From: Octopus sinensis
Taxonomy: Eukaryota
Direction of reading: 5' to 3'
Assembly (NCBI RefSeq): GCF_006345805.1
Contig: NC_043021.1
Coordinates: 15,872,001 to 15,936,000, forward strand
DNA length: 64,000 nucleotides
Part shown: positions 49,142 to 62,461 of the stretch, in pieces
How positions within the stretch are numbered: position 1 is the stretch's first letter
Layout: every line of letters begins with the position of its first letter
Position numbers and translations under genes: made by a program
The notes under the pieces: generated by a model
The model's database searches: none
Told to the model about the DNA's origin: nothing
The model's input: only the letters and a program-made list of their open reading frames with translations

Positions 49142-49888
49142 GGATCTTTTCCTTTTGAACGGCAGTTTTCAACACAATTTCTAGTTAACTAAACACTTTC
49201 AAACTTCGTATACTGGCAGAATGTGTCAAAATAAAACATTTTTTTTCTTATGGCTTTCTTGAGAAAATTGTAATTTGTAAGTTTAACGTAGTTTAATTTT
49301 TCGAATTTTAACCAATCAATGACCTCTAGTTAGCTAAAATCATTTGCTGCATCTAAAACTGAGACAACATCCCGTCACTGTTATTTAAACGTACAGAGCG
49401 TGTGTATAAAATTATAGAATTATTTTGTTTGTTAATTGTTTAAATTATTTTCCATTGCTTTCGTTTTAGCCTTTCATTTTTTTTTTCTTGATTGTTATCC
49501 TTAAATTAATTGGATCTTTTCCTTTTTAAACGGCAGTTAAAAGATCCCTCGAAACAAAAACAAAACAAATACTTTTAGACACACGCATAACAATTAAATT
49601 AATTTAACAATTAAGAAAAAAAACGAAAGGCTAAAATTTAGGGTTAGGCTTAGTGACAGGATGTTGTCTCAGTTTTAGACACAGCAAATGATTTTAGCTC
49701 AATAGAGGCCATTGGTTGGTTAAAATTCGAAAAATTAAACTGCGTTAAACTTACAAATTACAATTTTCTCAAGAAAGCCAAGAGAAAAAAATGTTTTATT
49801 TTGACACATTCTACCAGTATACGAAGTTTAAAAGTGTTTAGTTAACTAGAAATTGTGTTGAAAACTGCCGTTCAAAAGGAAAAGATTC
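49142..49888. mobile_element. Foldback element with about 240-bp inverted arms (GGATCTTTT family)
   Basis: 49142-49380 is the reverse complement of about 49650-49888 with few mismatches. Confidence 0.85.
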
Positions 49889-50392
49889 GACAGTTTGACT
49901 AGAACTGATAGGCCAGAGACTCCAGCAATGGCTGAGAAGTTACCCTCAGCAAGAGACCAGCATCCCATTCAAGGTGGAGTGTTGTAATCGCATTTACTAT
50001 TGTATGCTATGGAAACCAGGTTTAAGTTCTTTCCAAAAGGAATGTGTGGAACTATGTAAATTATGCTGGTAAACACAAGAGCAGAATGTGTTCAACTTGT
50101 ATAAAACGAAGATGATGACAACAAGACAACCATTACCATCATCATCATCAGCATCATTATAATCTCAACCGAGGAAAGCGCTGAGGCTGGAATTGTGATT
50201 CGTAGCTACATATTTAGTTGTCGCTATTTGTAATGTCACAGGGAAATGTTAAAATTTGCATGCAGTGAAATTTAAAACTTTCGTTTTATTGCAAAATGTT
50301 GACACCATCATTAGTCTTGTAGCAGCTGTTCCAAATGTGGCCACCACATCATCCTCCCTCTTCTCACATCTCTCTCACTATCTCTCTCTCTC

Positions 50393-50600
50393 TATATATA
50401 TATATATTATATAGATATATATATAGAGATATATATATATCTATATATAGATATATTCTAATGTATATAATATATATATATAATATATATATATCTAGAT
50501 ATAATATATCTATATATATATAATAATATATATATCTATATATAAATATATTATATATCTATAATAGATATATATATATCTATATAGATATATATATATG

Positions 50601-50662
<62 letters not shown>

Positions 50663-51070
50663 ATTATATATATATATATATATAGTATGTATATATAATA
50701 ATATATATATATGTATATAGATATAGATATATATATGTATATATATATGAGATATATATATGTATATATATATATAGATATAATATATGTATATATATAT
50801 ATGATATATAGAATATATATATATGTATATATATATATAGATATATATATATGTATATATATATAGATATAATTATATATATAGATGTAGCTATATATGT
50901 ATATATAGATATAGATATATATGTATATATATAGTATATATAGATATATATAGATATATATATAGTATATTATTATAGATATCTAGATATATATAATAGA
51001 GATATATTATAGATATATATATATATATAGATAGATATCTAGATATCTTATCTGTGTATATATATATATA
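50393..51070. repeat. About 680-bp (TA)n/TAGA low-complexity tract
   Basis: Directly visible in the sequence. Confidence 0.97.
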
Positions 51071-51558
51071 TCACACACACACACACACTATCTTATTTAT
51101 ATATCTATCATTTTTCCCTCTTTCTCTCTCTGTGTGGAAATAATTGAGTTTGATTGAGGAGCAATTTAACTACTGAAGGCCTGTCATGGGGGTGGGGGTG
51201 GGATGTGCTACTGTGTGTGTGTGTGTGGTGAGTGTAGGGGATGGTTATTGTTGTATTCACCCTTTCTGAAATTTCCTGTGTTGTTACCTTTCACCTTCTG
51301 TAATGTCATGTGACCCAGTTTTCTGGGTCAAGTGATAAAGTTACAGGTAGTGAGGAGGTGGCTCACAATGGAAATGATGATAATGGACCGATAAAGTTCA
51401 TGAACCCCAGCTTCACAGTTTTATGCAATGGGATGCATATATATATATCTATTTATATATGTGTGTGTTGATATGTAAATAAAATGTGTCTATTTATATA
51501 TCCAACATGTACGTTGAGCACGCGTTAGAACTATGGTTTTCTCAGTTCCATACCGGGC

Positions 51559-51596
<38 letters not shown>

Positions 51597-51702
51597 TAGT
51601 TATCGCCATACTAATATGGCAGTCCATAAATATATTAGTATGGCGATAACTATTTATATGCAGTAACGCTGCCGTAATCTCCTTTAGAGAGACTTAGTAA
51701 TT

Positions 51703-51735
<33 letters not shown>

Positions 51736-51958
51736 ACTCTTTACCTTTTACTCTTTTACTTGTTTCAGTCATTTGACTGCGGCCATGCTGGAGCACAGCC
51801 TTTAGTCGAGCAAATCGACCCCCGGGACTTATTCTTTGTAAGCCCAGTACTTATTCTATCGGTCTCTTTTGCCGAACCGCTAAGTGACGGGGACGTAAAC
51901 ACACCAGCATCGGTTGTCAAGCAATGCTAGGGGGACAAACACAGACACACAACACACC

Positions 51959-52017
<59 letters not shown>

Positions 52018-52399
52018 GACGGGCTTCTTTCAGTTTCCGTCTACCAAATCCACTCACAAGGCTTTGGTCAGCCCGAGGCCATAGTAGAAGACACTTGCCC
52101 AAGGTGCCACGCAGTGGGACTGAACCCGGAACCATGTGGTTGGTAAGCAAGCTACTTACCACACAGCCACTCCTACGCCTATGTGTTCAGGCAACAATGA
52201 TTTGATGGAAGGAGTGAGCTAATGTGCAACACAGATATTTCATCACTATAAACAAATCATTTTTTGCAGTTTGTTCAGTGAGAAATTGCAGAACCATCTT
52301 CCTTGTACTGCTAGAGACTACCATCCATATATGTGTGTGTGTGTGTGTGTGTGTTTTCTTTTATGTTTCAAGTTACCTAATTATTTGTTTATTTAATAG

Positions 52400-52535
52400 G
52401 TTTCACACCTGATGTCAAAGTGTGGGAAGTTTGTTTTGACAAGTCTCTACTCTTTAAGGAAGTCTCTCGAGCTTTTGAACTGAAAGGACACAGCGCCGGT
52501 GTGAAATGTTTCAGCTTTAACATGGACTCCACCAG
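52400..52535 (+). CDS. TBL2: TBL2 coding exon 7
   Basis: (G)FTPDVKVWEVCFDKSLLFKEVSRAFELKGHSAGVKCFSFNMDST(R) is close to TBL2 GFTPDVKVWEVCF...RAFELKGHSA. 136 nt, phase 1-2. Confidence 0.98.
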
Positions 52536-52956
52536 GTTACATACATTTTCTATTACATTCTCTCCTCCCCCCCCCCCGCACACATGTGTGTGTATGTCTG
52601 TGTGACAGATGTGTGTTATGTGAGTGTAATGGCTTTGACAGTCTTATATAGGATACCATACTTCAACAGGATTTGTAAGATGGCCTTTTTGTTAACTTTA
52701 TCAAATGCTTTGGAGAATGACCAGTGCCCTTTGCTTGGAGATTCTGACCTCTTACTCTTTTACTTGTTTCAGTCATTTGACTGCGGCCATGCTGGAGCAC
52801 CGCCTTTAGTCGAGCAAATCGACCCCCGGGACTTATTCTTTGTAAACCCAGTACTTATTCTATCAGTCTCTTTTGCCGAACCGCTAAGTGACAGGGACAT
52901 AAACACACCAGCATCGGTTGTCAAGCAATGCTAGGGGGACTAACACAGGCACACAA

Positions 52957-52989
<33 letters not shown>

Positions 52990-53005
52990 ACACACACACA
53001 TATAT

Positions 53006-53037
<32 letters not shown>

Positions 53038-53299
53038 CATACATATATACAACAGGCTTCTTTCAGTTTCCGTCTACCAAATCCACTCACAAGGCTTTGG
53101 TCGGCCCAAGGCTATAGTAGAAGACACTTGCCCAAGGTGCTACGCAGTGGGACTGAACCCGGAACCATGTGGTTGGTTAGCAAGCTACTTACCACACAGC
53201 CACTCCTGCGCCTATAATTTTTCTAAGGGTGAGGATCTATGCTAGTATTGATCTGCCTTTGAAGAAGCCATTTTGGTTCCGTTTTAGGACAATATCATT

Positions 53300-53710
53300 A
53301 TGAAGGGAAATTCCATTCTTAAGGAGATTAGTGACATCAAGTACCTTTGGTCCTATGTTACTGACATTAAGAAGCACTTTCTGGTATGCAAGGTACAAGC
53401 CTGGAGTGCCTTTAACAAGCTCCAATAAATCTCACTATCATGTATTTGTAAGTGAACAAGGCTGGCCTTCTTCAGGGCAATGTGGAGAAAGCATTCTGCT
53501 TTGTGGAGCTGGAATTTGGACAATGAAGAAGCAGCTTCAACATTATTTTGATAGTATGTACACTAGGCTTCTCATGAAGGGTTAAAACATTTCGTTGTGG
53601 TGAATACAAGACTAAGGAGGAGGTTTACAGACATTCCACCCAGCTTTACTATTATTGCTCAATGCAGAGTAAGATATGCTAGTCACTGCTATTGTGCTAA
53701 AACACCAGAC
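53300..53710 (+). mobile_element. RTE-clade LINE ORF remnant
   Basis: LKEISDIKYLWSYV...AWSAFNKL and ESILLCGAGIWTM...MYTRLL resemble the RTE FKYLGS...ESILLYGSETWT motifs. Confidence 0.7.
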
Positions 53711-55842
53711 CATATTGGATATGTTCTGGTGACTTCTTAATTGAGAACAAAGATCACCCACTATATTAACCCTTTCGTTACCAACCCGGCTGAAACCAGC
53801 TCTGGTTTAGTAGTACAAATGTCTTGTTTTTATAAGTTCTGAATTAAAATCTTCCACCAAGCCTTAGTCACAATTTATGTTGCTAACACTAGCTTAATGA
53901 TAACTAAGTTCCCTCTCTCTCTGTCGGAGAGGCACAAGCACCTACACGCACATATACACACACGGCAGTAACTTCCGCCTGCCGAATTCAATCACAAAGC
54001 TTCGGTCAGCTCGGGGCTATAGCAGAAGACACCTACCCAAAGTGCCACGCAGTGGGACTGAACCCGAAACCATGCAGCTAGGAAGCAAGCTCCCTAACCA
54101 CACAGCCATGCCCGCTAAATTCTTTGTTACGTTTAAAGTAATTGAAACAAACACAGAGCATCTCAAAATAAATACGGTAACAAAAGGGTTAATGGTATGG
54201 ACAGAGATATGCATGAAATTTTGACTGTACCAAAACTACTGAAGGACAGAGAGTCCTGACACAGCATTGTGAGATTCATCTCAGATGTGGCCACTTGAAG
54301 GAAAATAAGAAGATATAGGATGGTCGTGCTCAGCTCAGATAAATTATTTTTTTAACTGTTTCCAGCACTACAAAGCAGTTTCTGGACTTTAATTGACTGA
54401 AAACAAGATAAGTTCCAATAGGCTCTAGATGTTGTTGATGATGTTACCTCAATCAAACAGGCCTATGATCAAATACATACCAATTGTGACCACCCTCTTC
54501 CAAACAGTTTTACAGAGAATCTTAAAGAAACTTCATTTGCATGAATGGTTATGCTTTGTTTGCAATCAGCCCTCACATATGAAGACAAGGGAATGGATGG
54601 AAGCACTCCGTCGGTTACGACGACGAGGGTTCCGGTTGATCTGATCAACGAAACAGCCTGCTCGTGAAATTAACGTGTAAGTGGCTGAGCACTCCACAGA
54701 CACGTGTACCCTTAATGTAGTTCTCAGGGATATTCAGCGTGACACAAGAGAGTGACAAGGCCGGCCCTTTGAAATACAGGTACAACGGAAACAGGAAGTA
54801 AGAGTGAGAGAAAGTTGTGGTGAAAGAGTACAGCAGGGATCACCACCATCCCCTGCCGGAGCCTCGTAAAGCTTTAGGTGTTTTCGCTCAATAAACACTC
54901 ACAACGCCCGGTCTGGGAATCGAATCCGCAATCCTACGACCGCGAGTCCGCTGCCCTAACCACTGGGCCATTGCGCCTCCACACAAGGGAATACACACAC
55001 ACACTCAGATCAAGCTTCTTCTCAGTTCTTGTCTACTAGATTTTCACTTACAATCTATTGGATTGTCTGAGACTATGGCAGAAGACACTTGCCCAAAGTA
55101 CTTATACAGTGGGATTGAACTTGGGGAGCTGTGGTTTCAAAACAAATTTCTTAACCACACAGCCATGCCTGCACCATGTTGAAAAGTCTGTTATTGAAAT
55201 TCTGACAAGAATAAACTCGCAGAAACAAATATTTATATAAGTGGTTAATTTCAGGATGAGACTTTGAAATGATAGAATGTTTGACATTAGTAATGACCCC
55301 AAGTTCAAATCCTGTCAGCAGAAATTCTGAGAAGGAAGCCTGGGACTAACCTTTGAAATGGATAGTTGAAAGAACTTGGTCACTGAGAAGGACATTCTGA
55401 CAAATCCATAAATATTTTGATATTTCATGGGAAAATTGTAGCTGAGGTAATAAGCAGAAGAGAAGTACATATATTCATGTCTATATATGTATGAATATAT
55501 ATATATGTGTATTGTGTGTGTGTGTGTGTGTGTGCTTGTATGTACAGAGATAATGATGTAAATAAACAAATACTCTTGGCTTAGATATACAAAGTATACA
55601 TATATGTATACATGTAAATAGAGAGAAAGCAAAGACTAAAAATAGTCAGACGATATTTATCTAATGTATTTACATGATAAATATTTGTGTATAAATATTT
55701 ATATATATATTCATTTATAGATATTTATATATTAACAGAGCAAACTTAGTTACAGACTGTAAGTTCAAATCATTTGAGTGCTCCTGTTTTCTATATTGAG
55801 CAGCTCTGGATCTGCTGACTCTCTATATATGGATATGAATAT

Positions 55843-56226
55843 GTGGAGGCGCAATGGCCCAGTGGTTAGGGCAGCGGACTCGCGGTCACAGGATTGCGGT
55901 TTCAATTCCTAGACCGGGCGTTGTGAGTGTTTATTGAACGAAAACACCTAAAAGCTCCACGAGGCTCCAGCAGGGATGGTGGTGATCCCTGCTGTACTCT
56001 TTCACCACAACTTTCTCTCACTCTTACTTCCTGTTTCAGTTGTACCTGTATTTCAAAAGGGCCGGCCTTGTCACTCTCTGTGTCACGCTGAATATCCCCG
56101 AGAACTACGTTAAGGGTACACGTGTCTGTGGAGTGCTCAGCCACTTACACGTTAATTTCACGAGCAGGCTGTTTCGTTGATCAGATCAACCGGAACCCTC
56201 GTCGTCGTAACCGACGTAGTGCTTCC
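55843..56226 (+). mobile_element. tRNA-headed SINE family C; inverted copy at 54599-54982, relative at about 13770-14053(-)
   Basis: ggaggcgcaatggcccagtggttagggcagcggactcgcggtc...ttcaattcc tRNA-like head followed by a non-tRNA body. Confidence 0.85.
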
Positions 56227-56324
56227 TCACATGAATATATATGCACGAGCAAAACGCCCCCCCCCCCCGTCCAATGTGTGTGTTTTTCTCAGTACATAAG
56301 GTCTTTTTTCGCTATTCTTTCTAG

Positions 56325-56374
56325 AATGGCCTCAGCTTCTAAAGATGGAACATGGAAATTGTGGGACACAGACG
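56325..56374 (+). CDS. TBL2: TBL2 coding exon 8
   Basis: MASASKDGTWKLWDTD resembles TBL2 MASVSKDGTWKLWDTD. 50 nt, phase 2-1, gtaagc donor. Confidence 0.97.
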
Positions 56375-57694
56375 GTAAGCTATTTTCTTTCTACACACAC
56401 ACACACAAATAAAAAACATAAATACATTCCATTGGATTTATTTTCTTTCAAAAATTACACAATTCTTCATTTTTCCCCATAATTATTAATTTGATGAACC
56501 AAATGGAATTCTTTCTAATTTTGACACAAAGCCAGCAACTTTGAAGGAAGGGATCAAGTTCCATCACATTGACCCCAGTACCTTTACAAGAGTCAAGTAC
56601 TTATTTCTATCAACCCCAAAAGGATGAAGGACAAAGTTCACCTCAGCAGGATTTGAACTCAGAATAATAGAGGCCAGAGCAAACAGAAATAATGAATCTA
56701 GTTGTTTAGCCCCAGGATAACCATGATCAAGGTGACCTATGATCAGAGATGTTCCAGCCATAACAGTGCTGCCTCTTTGTTTATCAGGGGCTGCATTGTT
56801 CGATGTACCCTCCTTTATTTAAGACAGTAAGGTGTGATCTGTCAGACGTTTAGCTGCTATTTCTAGCTAGTTGAGTTACCATGCTGGAAACTATTGTGAA
56901 GACAAAACAATTTTCACCACTGAAGCTTGATATTATTTACACATTCATTATTCATATGCTTTTGTCCATCCAAAGGGGTTTTTAACCCAATATTTATACA
57001 CTATTATTTTTAGCTTTATCTACTTTATGTTCATTATTTAAAAGGATTTAATTAATGTCTCTTAAATTCTTATGACATGATATATATAGGTGGCACATAA
57101 AAAGCACCATTTGAGCGTGGCTGCTGCCAGTACCGCCTGACTGGCCCTCATGCCGGTGGCACTTAAAAGCACCCACTACACTCTCGGAGTGGTTGGCATT
57201 AGGAAGGGCATCCAGCTATAGGAACTCTGCCAGATCAGATTGGAGTCTGGTGCAGCCATCTGGTTCACCAAACCTCAGTCAAATTGTCCAACCCATGCTA
57301 GCATGGAAAGCGGATGTTAAACAATGACGATGAGATATATATATATAATTTTAGTGACTGATACAGTGGTATACTTTAAAGACTGATATGCATTGATCTA
57401 TGGCAGAATATATGTATAAATAAATTGTTGAATCTATCTGAAATTCTCCTTACCGTTTATATATATATATTGAGAAAAAAAAGTTGTCAAAATTTTGGTA
57501 AAAAATCCTTTTATTTCTTCATTATTATTAGCGCTTTCGTTCCTCTGTAGAATTTGTTAAATACAATGAAGAAATAAAAGCATTTTTTTCCAAAATTCTG
57601 ACAACTTTTTTTTCTCAATATTCAATTAAGTACATCACACCCAACACTATATATATACACATACATACACATGTATATATTTATGCATATACTC

Positions 57695-58044
57695 TAAGGT
57701 GGAGTGAAAATTGAAAATGCCTGAGGCCTAAAATCTTGCTATATATTATTACTAGAAAAATGCAAAATTTTTGCTTAGATCACTCAAGGGCATTTGCTCC
57801 CTCGAACCCCAGAAGCTCCACTATTGTGAAAAATTTACTAAAATCCCCCATTTTCGGGGTTTAGGGGGCTTGAGAGAGTAAATGCTCTTGATTGATCTCA
57901 GCGAAAATTTAGAATTTTTCGCGGTGCCCCAGCATGGCCACAGCTCGTGAGCTGAAACTAGATAAAATAAACTTTAAAAAATAGCAAAATTTTAGCCCTC
58001 AAGCACTTTCAATTTTCACAATTTTTTATTTCCACTTCACCCTA
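57695..58044. mobile_element. Degenerate foldback MITE
   Basis: Outer and inner arm segments are reverse complements (gtgaaaattgaaaatgc / gcactttcaattttcac). Confidence 0.55.
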
Positions 58045-58196
58045 ATATGTACACCCCCCCCACACACACATACACACACATATATATGCATAAGTATACA
58101 CACAAACATATATATAAGAATTTTTAAATGCTTTTTGCATGTGTGTGTTTGTGTTTAAAGGATGCATGTAAACTATTATTAAATTCTCTTCTACAG

Positions 58197-58376
58197 TGCA
58201 ATACAAAAAACAACAAGACCCATACCTGTTATACACTGGGACCTTCCATTCGAACCCATCACACATTGTTATGTCACCTGATTCACGAACCGTTGTAATG
58301 TCTCATGGAAACAAAATTGTTGTCTTCAACACCTTTTCAAAAAAAACTGAAATGATGATGGAAAATGTTCATGAAG
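58197..58376 (+). CDS. TBL2: TBL2 coding exon 9; remaining exon(s) not found in window
   Basis: (V)QYKKQQDPYLLYTGTFHSNPSHIVMSPDSRTVVMSHGNKIVVFNTFSKKTEMMMENVHE resembles TBL2 VEYKKKQDPYLLKTG. 180 nt, phase 1-1. Confidence 0.96.
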
Positions 58377-58716
58377 GTAATTAATAATTTTTTTTTAAAT
58401 TTTGTCTTTGTTTTTTTTTGGGGGGGTGGCATTTTGCTTCCCATTTTCTGGGCTTTAAACAACCACCATCACCACTGCTTCCACCCACTCCATTTTTACA
58501 TGTACTCTTTTGCGCTCTTACTGGTTTCAGTCATTGGACTGCAGCCATGCTGGAGCACCGTCTTGATGGGCTTAGCTGAACAGTCCACCACAACCCTACT
58601 CCACTCCCTCACCTCAACTTCCCCAGTATTCATTTCTAAATTTGATACTTATTCTGCCAGTCTCTTCTGCTGAACAGCTAAGTTACAGGAACATAAACAA
58701 ACCATAAACAAAAATA

Positions 58717-59112
58717 TAGGCGCAGGAGTGGCTGTGTGGTAAGTAGCCTGCTTACCAACCACACGGTTCCAGGTTTAGTCTCACTGCGTGGCACCTTGGG
58801 AAAGTATCTTCTACTATAACCTCGGGCCGACCAAAGCCTTGTGAGTGGATTTGGTAGACGGAAACTGAAAGAAGCCTGTCGTATATATATATATATGTAT
58901 ATATATGTGTGTGTGTGTTTGTGTCTGTGTTTGTCCCCCCAACATCGCTTGACAACCGATGCTGGTATGTTTACGTCCCCGTTACTTAGCGGTTCGGCAA
59001 AAGAGACCGATAGAATAAGTACTAGGCTTACAAAGAATAAGACCTGGGGTCGATTTGCTCGACTAAAAGGCGGTGCTCCAGCATGGCCGCAGTCAAATGA
59101 CTGAAACAAGTA
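58717..59112 (+). mobile_element. tRNA-headed SINE family B with internal microsatellite; others at 15245-15636, 15897-16288, 16526-16935(-), 35284-35713(-), 40645-41010(-), 44225-44619(-), 51749-52181(-), 52753-53213(-), 59425-59853(-), 61361-61733
   Basis: aggcgcaggagtggctgtgtggtaag head, CORE-like caccttgggcaagtgtctt, (TA)/(TG) spacer, tail ...gactgaaacaagtaaaagag. Confidence 0.88.
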
Positions 59113-59622
59113 TAAAAAAAACAAAAACCAACACTGGTTGTCAAGTGGCGATGAGAGACAAACACAAACATAATGACGCACTTACACAATACACACACAT
59201 ACACATGTGTACGATGGGCTTCCACCCAGTTTCTGTCTCCTAAATTCACTCACTAGACATTGGTCAGTTCGAGACTATAGTTGAAGAAACTTACCCCAGG
59301 TGCTGCGCAGTGGAACTGAACCTAAAACCATGTAGTTGCAAAGCAAAGCTCCTTAACCACACAGCTGCAGGCTTTTCTTAATTACCGTTTGTTGATTATA
59401 ATTAGCTTTCTTTGATTTTACTCTTTCTCTTTTACTTGTTTCAGTCATTTGACTGCGGCCATGCTGGAGCACCGCCTTTTAGTCGAGCAAATCGACTCCA
59501 GGACTTATTCTTTGTAAGCCCAGTACTTATTCTATCGGTCCCTTTTGCCGAACCGCTAGGTGACGGGGACATAAACACACCAGCATCGGTTGTCAAGCAA
59601 TGCTAGCGGGACAAACACAGAA

Positions 59623-59688
<66 letters not shown>

Positions 59689-60638
59689 CGTATATACGAC
59701 AGGCTTCTTTCAGTTTCCGTCTACCAAATCCACTCACAAGGCATTGGTCGGCCCGAGGCTATAGTAGAAGACACTTGCCCAAGGTGCCACGCAGTGGGAC
59801 TGAACCCGGAACCATGTGGTTGGTTAGCAAGCTACTTACCACACAGCCACTCCTCGTTCACTTTCATTCGTCATCATCATCATCATCATTTAGCATCCGT
59901 TTTTCCATGCTGGCATGGGTTGGATGGTTTGACTGAAAACTGGGAAGCTGCAACATGTTCCAGTTGTCATCATTGTTGTTGTTGCTGTTTAATCCCTGAC
60001 AGCCCTGATAGAACCAACACATGATCAAAGGCATTCTAGCCATGACTATCACATCTTATTTTCTTGGTGTTGTGTACCTTAGACAACATACTCTGATGTG
60101 TCCCCCCCCCGCACACACACACACACATAAGATGACTATATAGTATGTAATGTAACAGTGATTTGGTCTAGTGGTTAAGGGGGTTGCACTCACAAGCATA
60201 AGGTCATGGTTTCAATTCCCAGATCAGTCAGTGCAAGACACTTCATTTTCATATTGCCCCAGTCCACTCAACTGTAAATGAGTTCTACCAATAGCCAGGA
60301 AGTTAACCCTGTGAGGGACTGGCATCCCATTCGGGGTGGTGTGGGGTTGTAATCTCAGTTACCATGGAAACATGGTTAAGCTCTGGCGTTTTGAGTCCCA
60401 GGACTTATAAGGCTGGTTTCATGGCAAACTTAAGTTGCTCTTATCAATGCCCTCAGCTCCAATATAAATACTGACCTATTAGTTATAATGAGGTGGAGGT
60501 ACCTGGCTTAATGGTTAGGGTGTTGTAAGACTGTAGTATTGATTTTTGGACCAGGCAACACATTGTGTTCTTGAGCAAAACACTTCATTTCACGTTGCTC
60601 CACTCAGCTGGTAAAAATTATTAAAACTATTAAAAATT

Positions 60639-60872
60639 AAGGCGGCGAGCTGGCAGAATCATTAGCACGCCGGGCGAAATGCGTAGCCATATTTCGTCTG
60701 TCGCTACGTTCTGAGTTCAAATTCCGCCGAGGTCGACTTTGCCTTTCATCCTTTCGGGGTCGATAAATTAAGTACCAGTTACGCACTGGGGTCGATATAA
60801 TCGGCTTAATCCGTTTGTCTGTACTTGTTTGTCCTCTCTGTATTTAGCCCCTTGTGGGTAGTAAAGAAATAG
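60639..60872 (+). mobile_element. tRNA-headed SINE family A, full length; others at about 1486-1910, 10222-10450(-), 13170-13400(-), 18491-18722(-), 22787-22950, 36330-37160, 37491-37718(-)
   Basis: Head ggcggcgagctggcagaatc...gagttcaaattcc (B box), body cctttcatcctttcggggtcgataaa, tail ...gtaaagaaatagg. Confidence 0.85.
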
Positions 60873-62461
60873 GTAAAAATTATTAATCCTGCAACAGACC
60901 ATTGTCATGTCCAAAAAGAAATATCTTTGCCAGAAAAACCAGGAAACTGGTTCTATGCCCCTTACAGAGTAATGTGAATAAACCCAATAGTTATAACTGT
61001 GGCTTTAATTGTTGTAGTCTTGTACCTTATATCAATGTCCACAACTTGGATGTTTAGAACACACACCCCACATTTTTGTTATAATTGTCAGTTGAAGATT
61101 AAAATGTTGATGTATAGCCCCAGATTTAACCTATTTGAACAGATCTATTACCAAAAGTATTCCAGACGTGACCATCCCATCTTTTTTCTATGTGCAGGCC
61201 CCAAGACCACATTATCCATTTTTTTTTTCATAGACAGTGGTTTATGATTTGAGGGAAATTTAGCTGTTATTTCTAGCAGGTTGAGCAACCATGTACAGGC
61301 TCCCTTTTTAGTTTGAGATTAAAATGTATTTTTTTATCTTGCTGTATTTAGATTTTATTTTACCAACCACATGGTTCCGGGTTCAGTCCCACTGCGTGGC
61401 ACCTTGGGCAGGTGTCTTCTACTATAGTCTCGGGCCAACCAAAGCCTTGTGAGTGGATTTGGTAGACGGAAACTGAAAGAAGCCCGTCGTATATATGTAT
61501 ATATATATGCGTGTGTGTGTTTGTGTGTCTGTATTTGTCCCCCTAGCATTGCTTGACAACCGATGCTGGTATGTTTATGTCCCCGTTACTTAGTGGTTCG
61601 GCAATAAGAGACCGATAAAATAAGTACTGGGCTTACAAAAGAATAAGTCCCGGGGTCGAGTTGCTCGATTAAAGGCGGTGCTCCAGCATGGCCGCAGTCA
61701 AATGACTGAAACAAGTAAAAGAGAGTAAAAGAGTTATATAGAGATTGCATGGGAGAAAATCTCATACTTTATAAGAGGAAAAAACAATTTTATCAACCGG
61801 GATTCCAATAACGGTCAAAGAATGCTGTTTAGATTGCTGCAGTAAAGATTTTACTGCAACCAAAGTTGGTAGTGTTCTCCATTTCTAAGCACAGCATCTT
61901 AACACAGGCTAAATCAATATAATATAATACTGGTATACACACACACACACTCTCACTTTTTCTCTCTCTGTTTCCATTAAACTAAGCATGCATGTTTTTT
62001 CCTCTCCCTTGACCCTTTAGCACTTAAACCGGCCATATCCGGCCAAAAGTATTCTGCCTGTTTTATGTTCAAGCTGGCCAGATCTGGTCTCTCACACCAA
62101 CCCTACAATATCATTTTAAAAATTAACAGCTACCTCATCAAAATCTCATAGCTACAAGATAATGCATGATTAGTTCAAAACAAAGTGGATGAAAAAAGCA
62201 TTAATTTTGGTAGAATAATGCGAACACTAAAGGGTTAATTAACCACGATGATGATGATGATTCTAAGTGGGCTTCAAAATCCCTTTAATTTAATATAGTA
62301 ACCACCCTACTAGTCTCTTTTTATTATTATTATTATTATTTTAATTATTCCTCTCTAAATTCGATAAAGTTAATCAATCATATTCTGGGGTTTTCATCAC
62401 TCCAAAATTTTTTATTTCAATCAATCATGTTTTTTTTTTTCTGCCAACATTTATAACCAAA

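Noticed and set aside
51505-51560. CUGAGAA...UAACGCGU (minus) resembling a Penelope hammerhead
   Set aside because: Both core segments are mutated and the stems are inconsistent.
55843-55920. tRNA-like sequence, also at 13980-14053 and 54905-54982
   Set aside because: It is a SINE head: the acceptor and T stems are imperfect and it continues into a shared SINE body.
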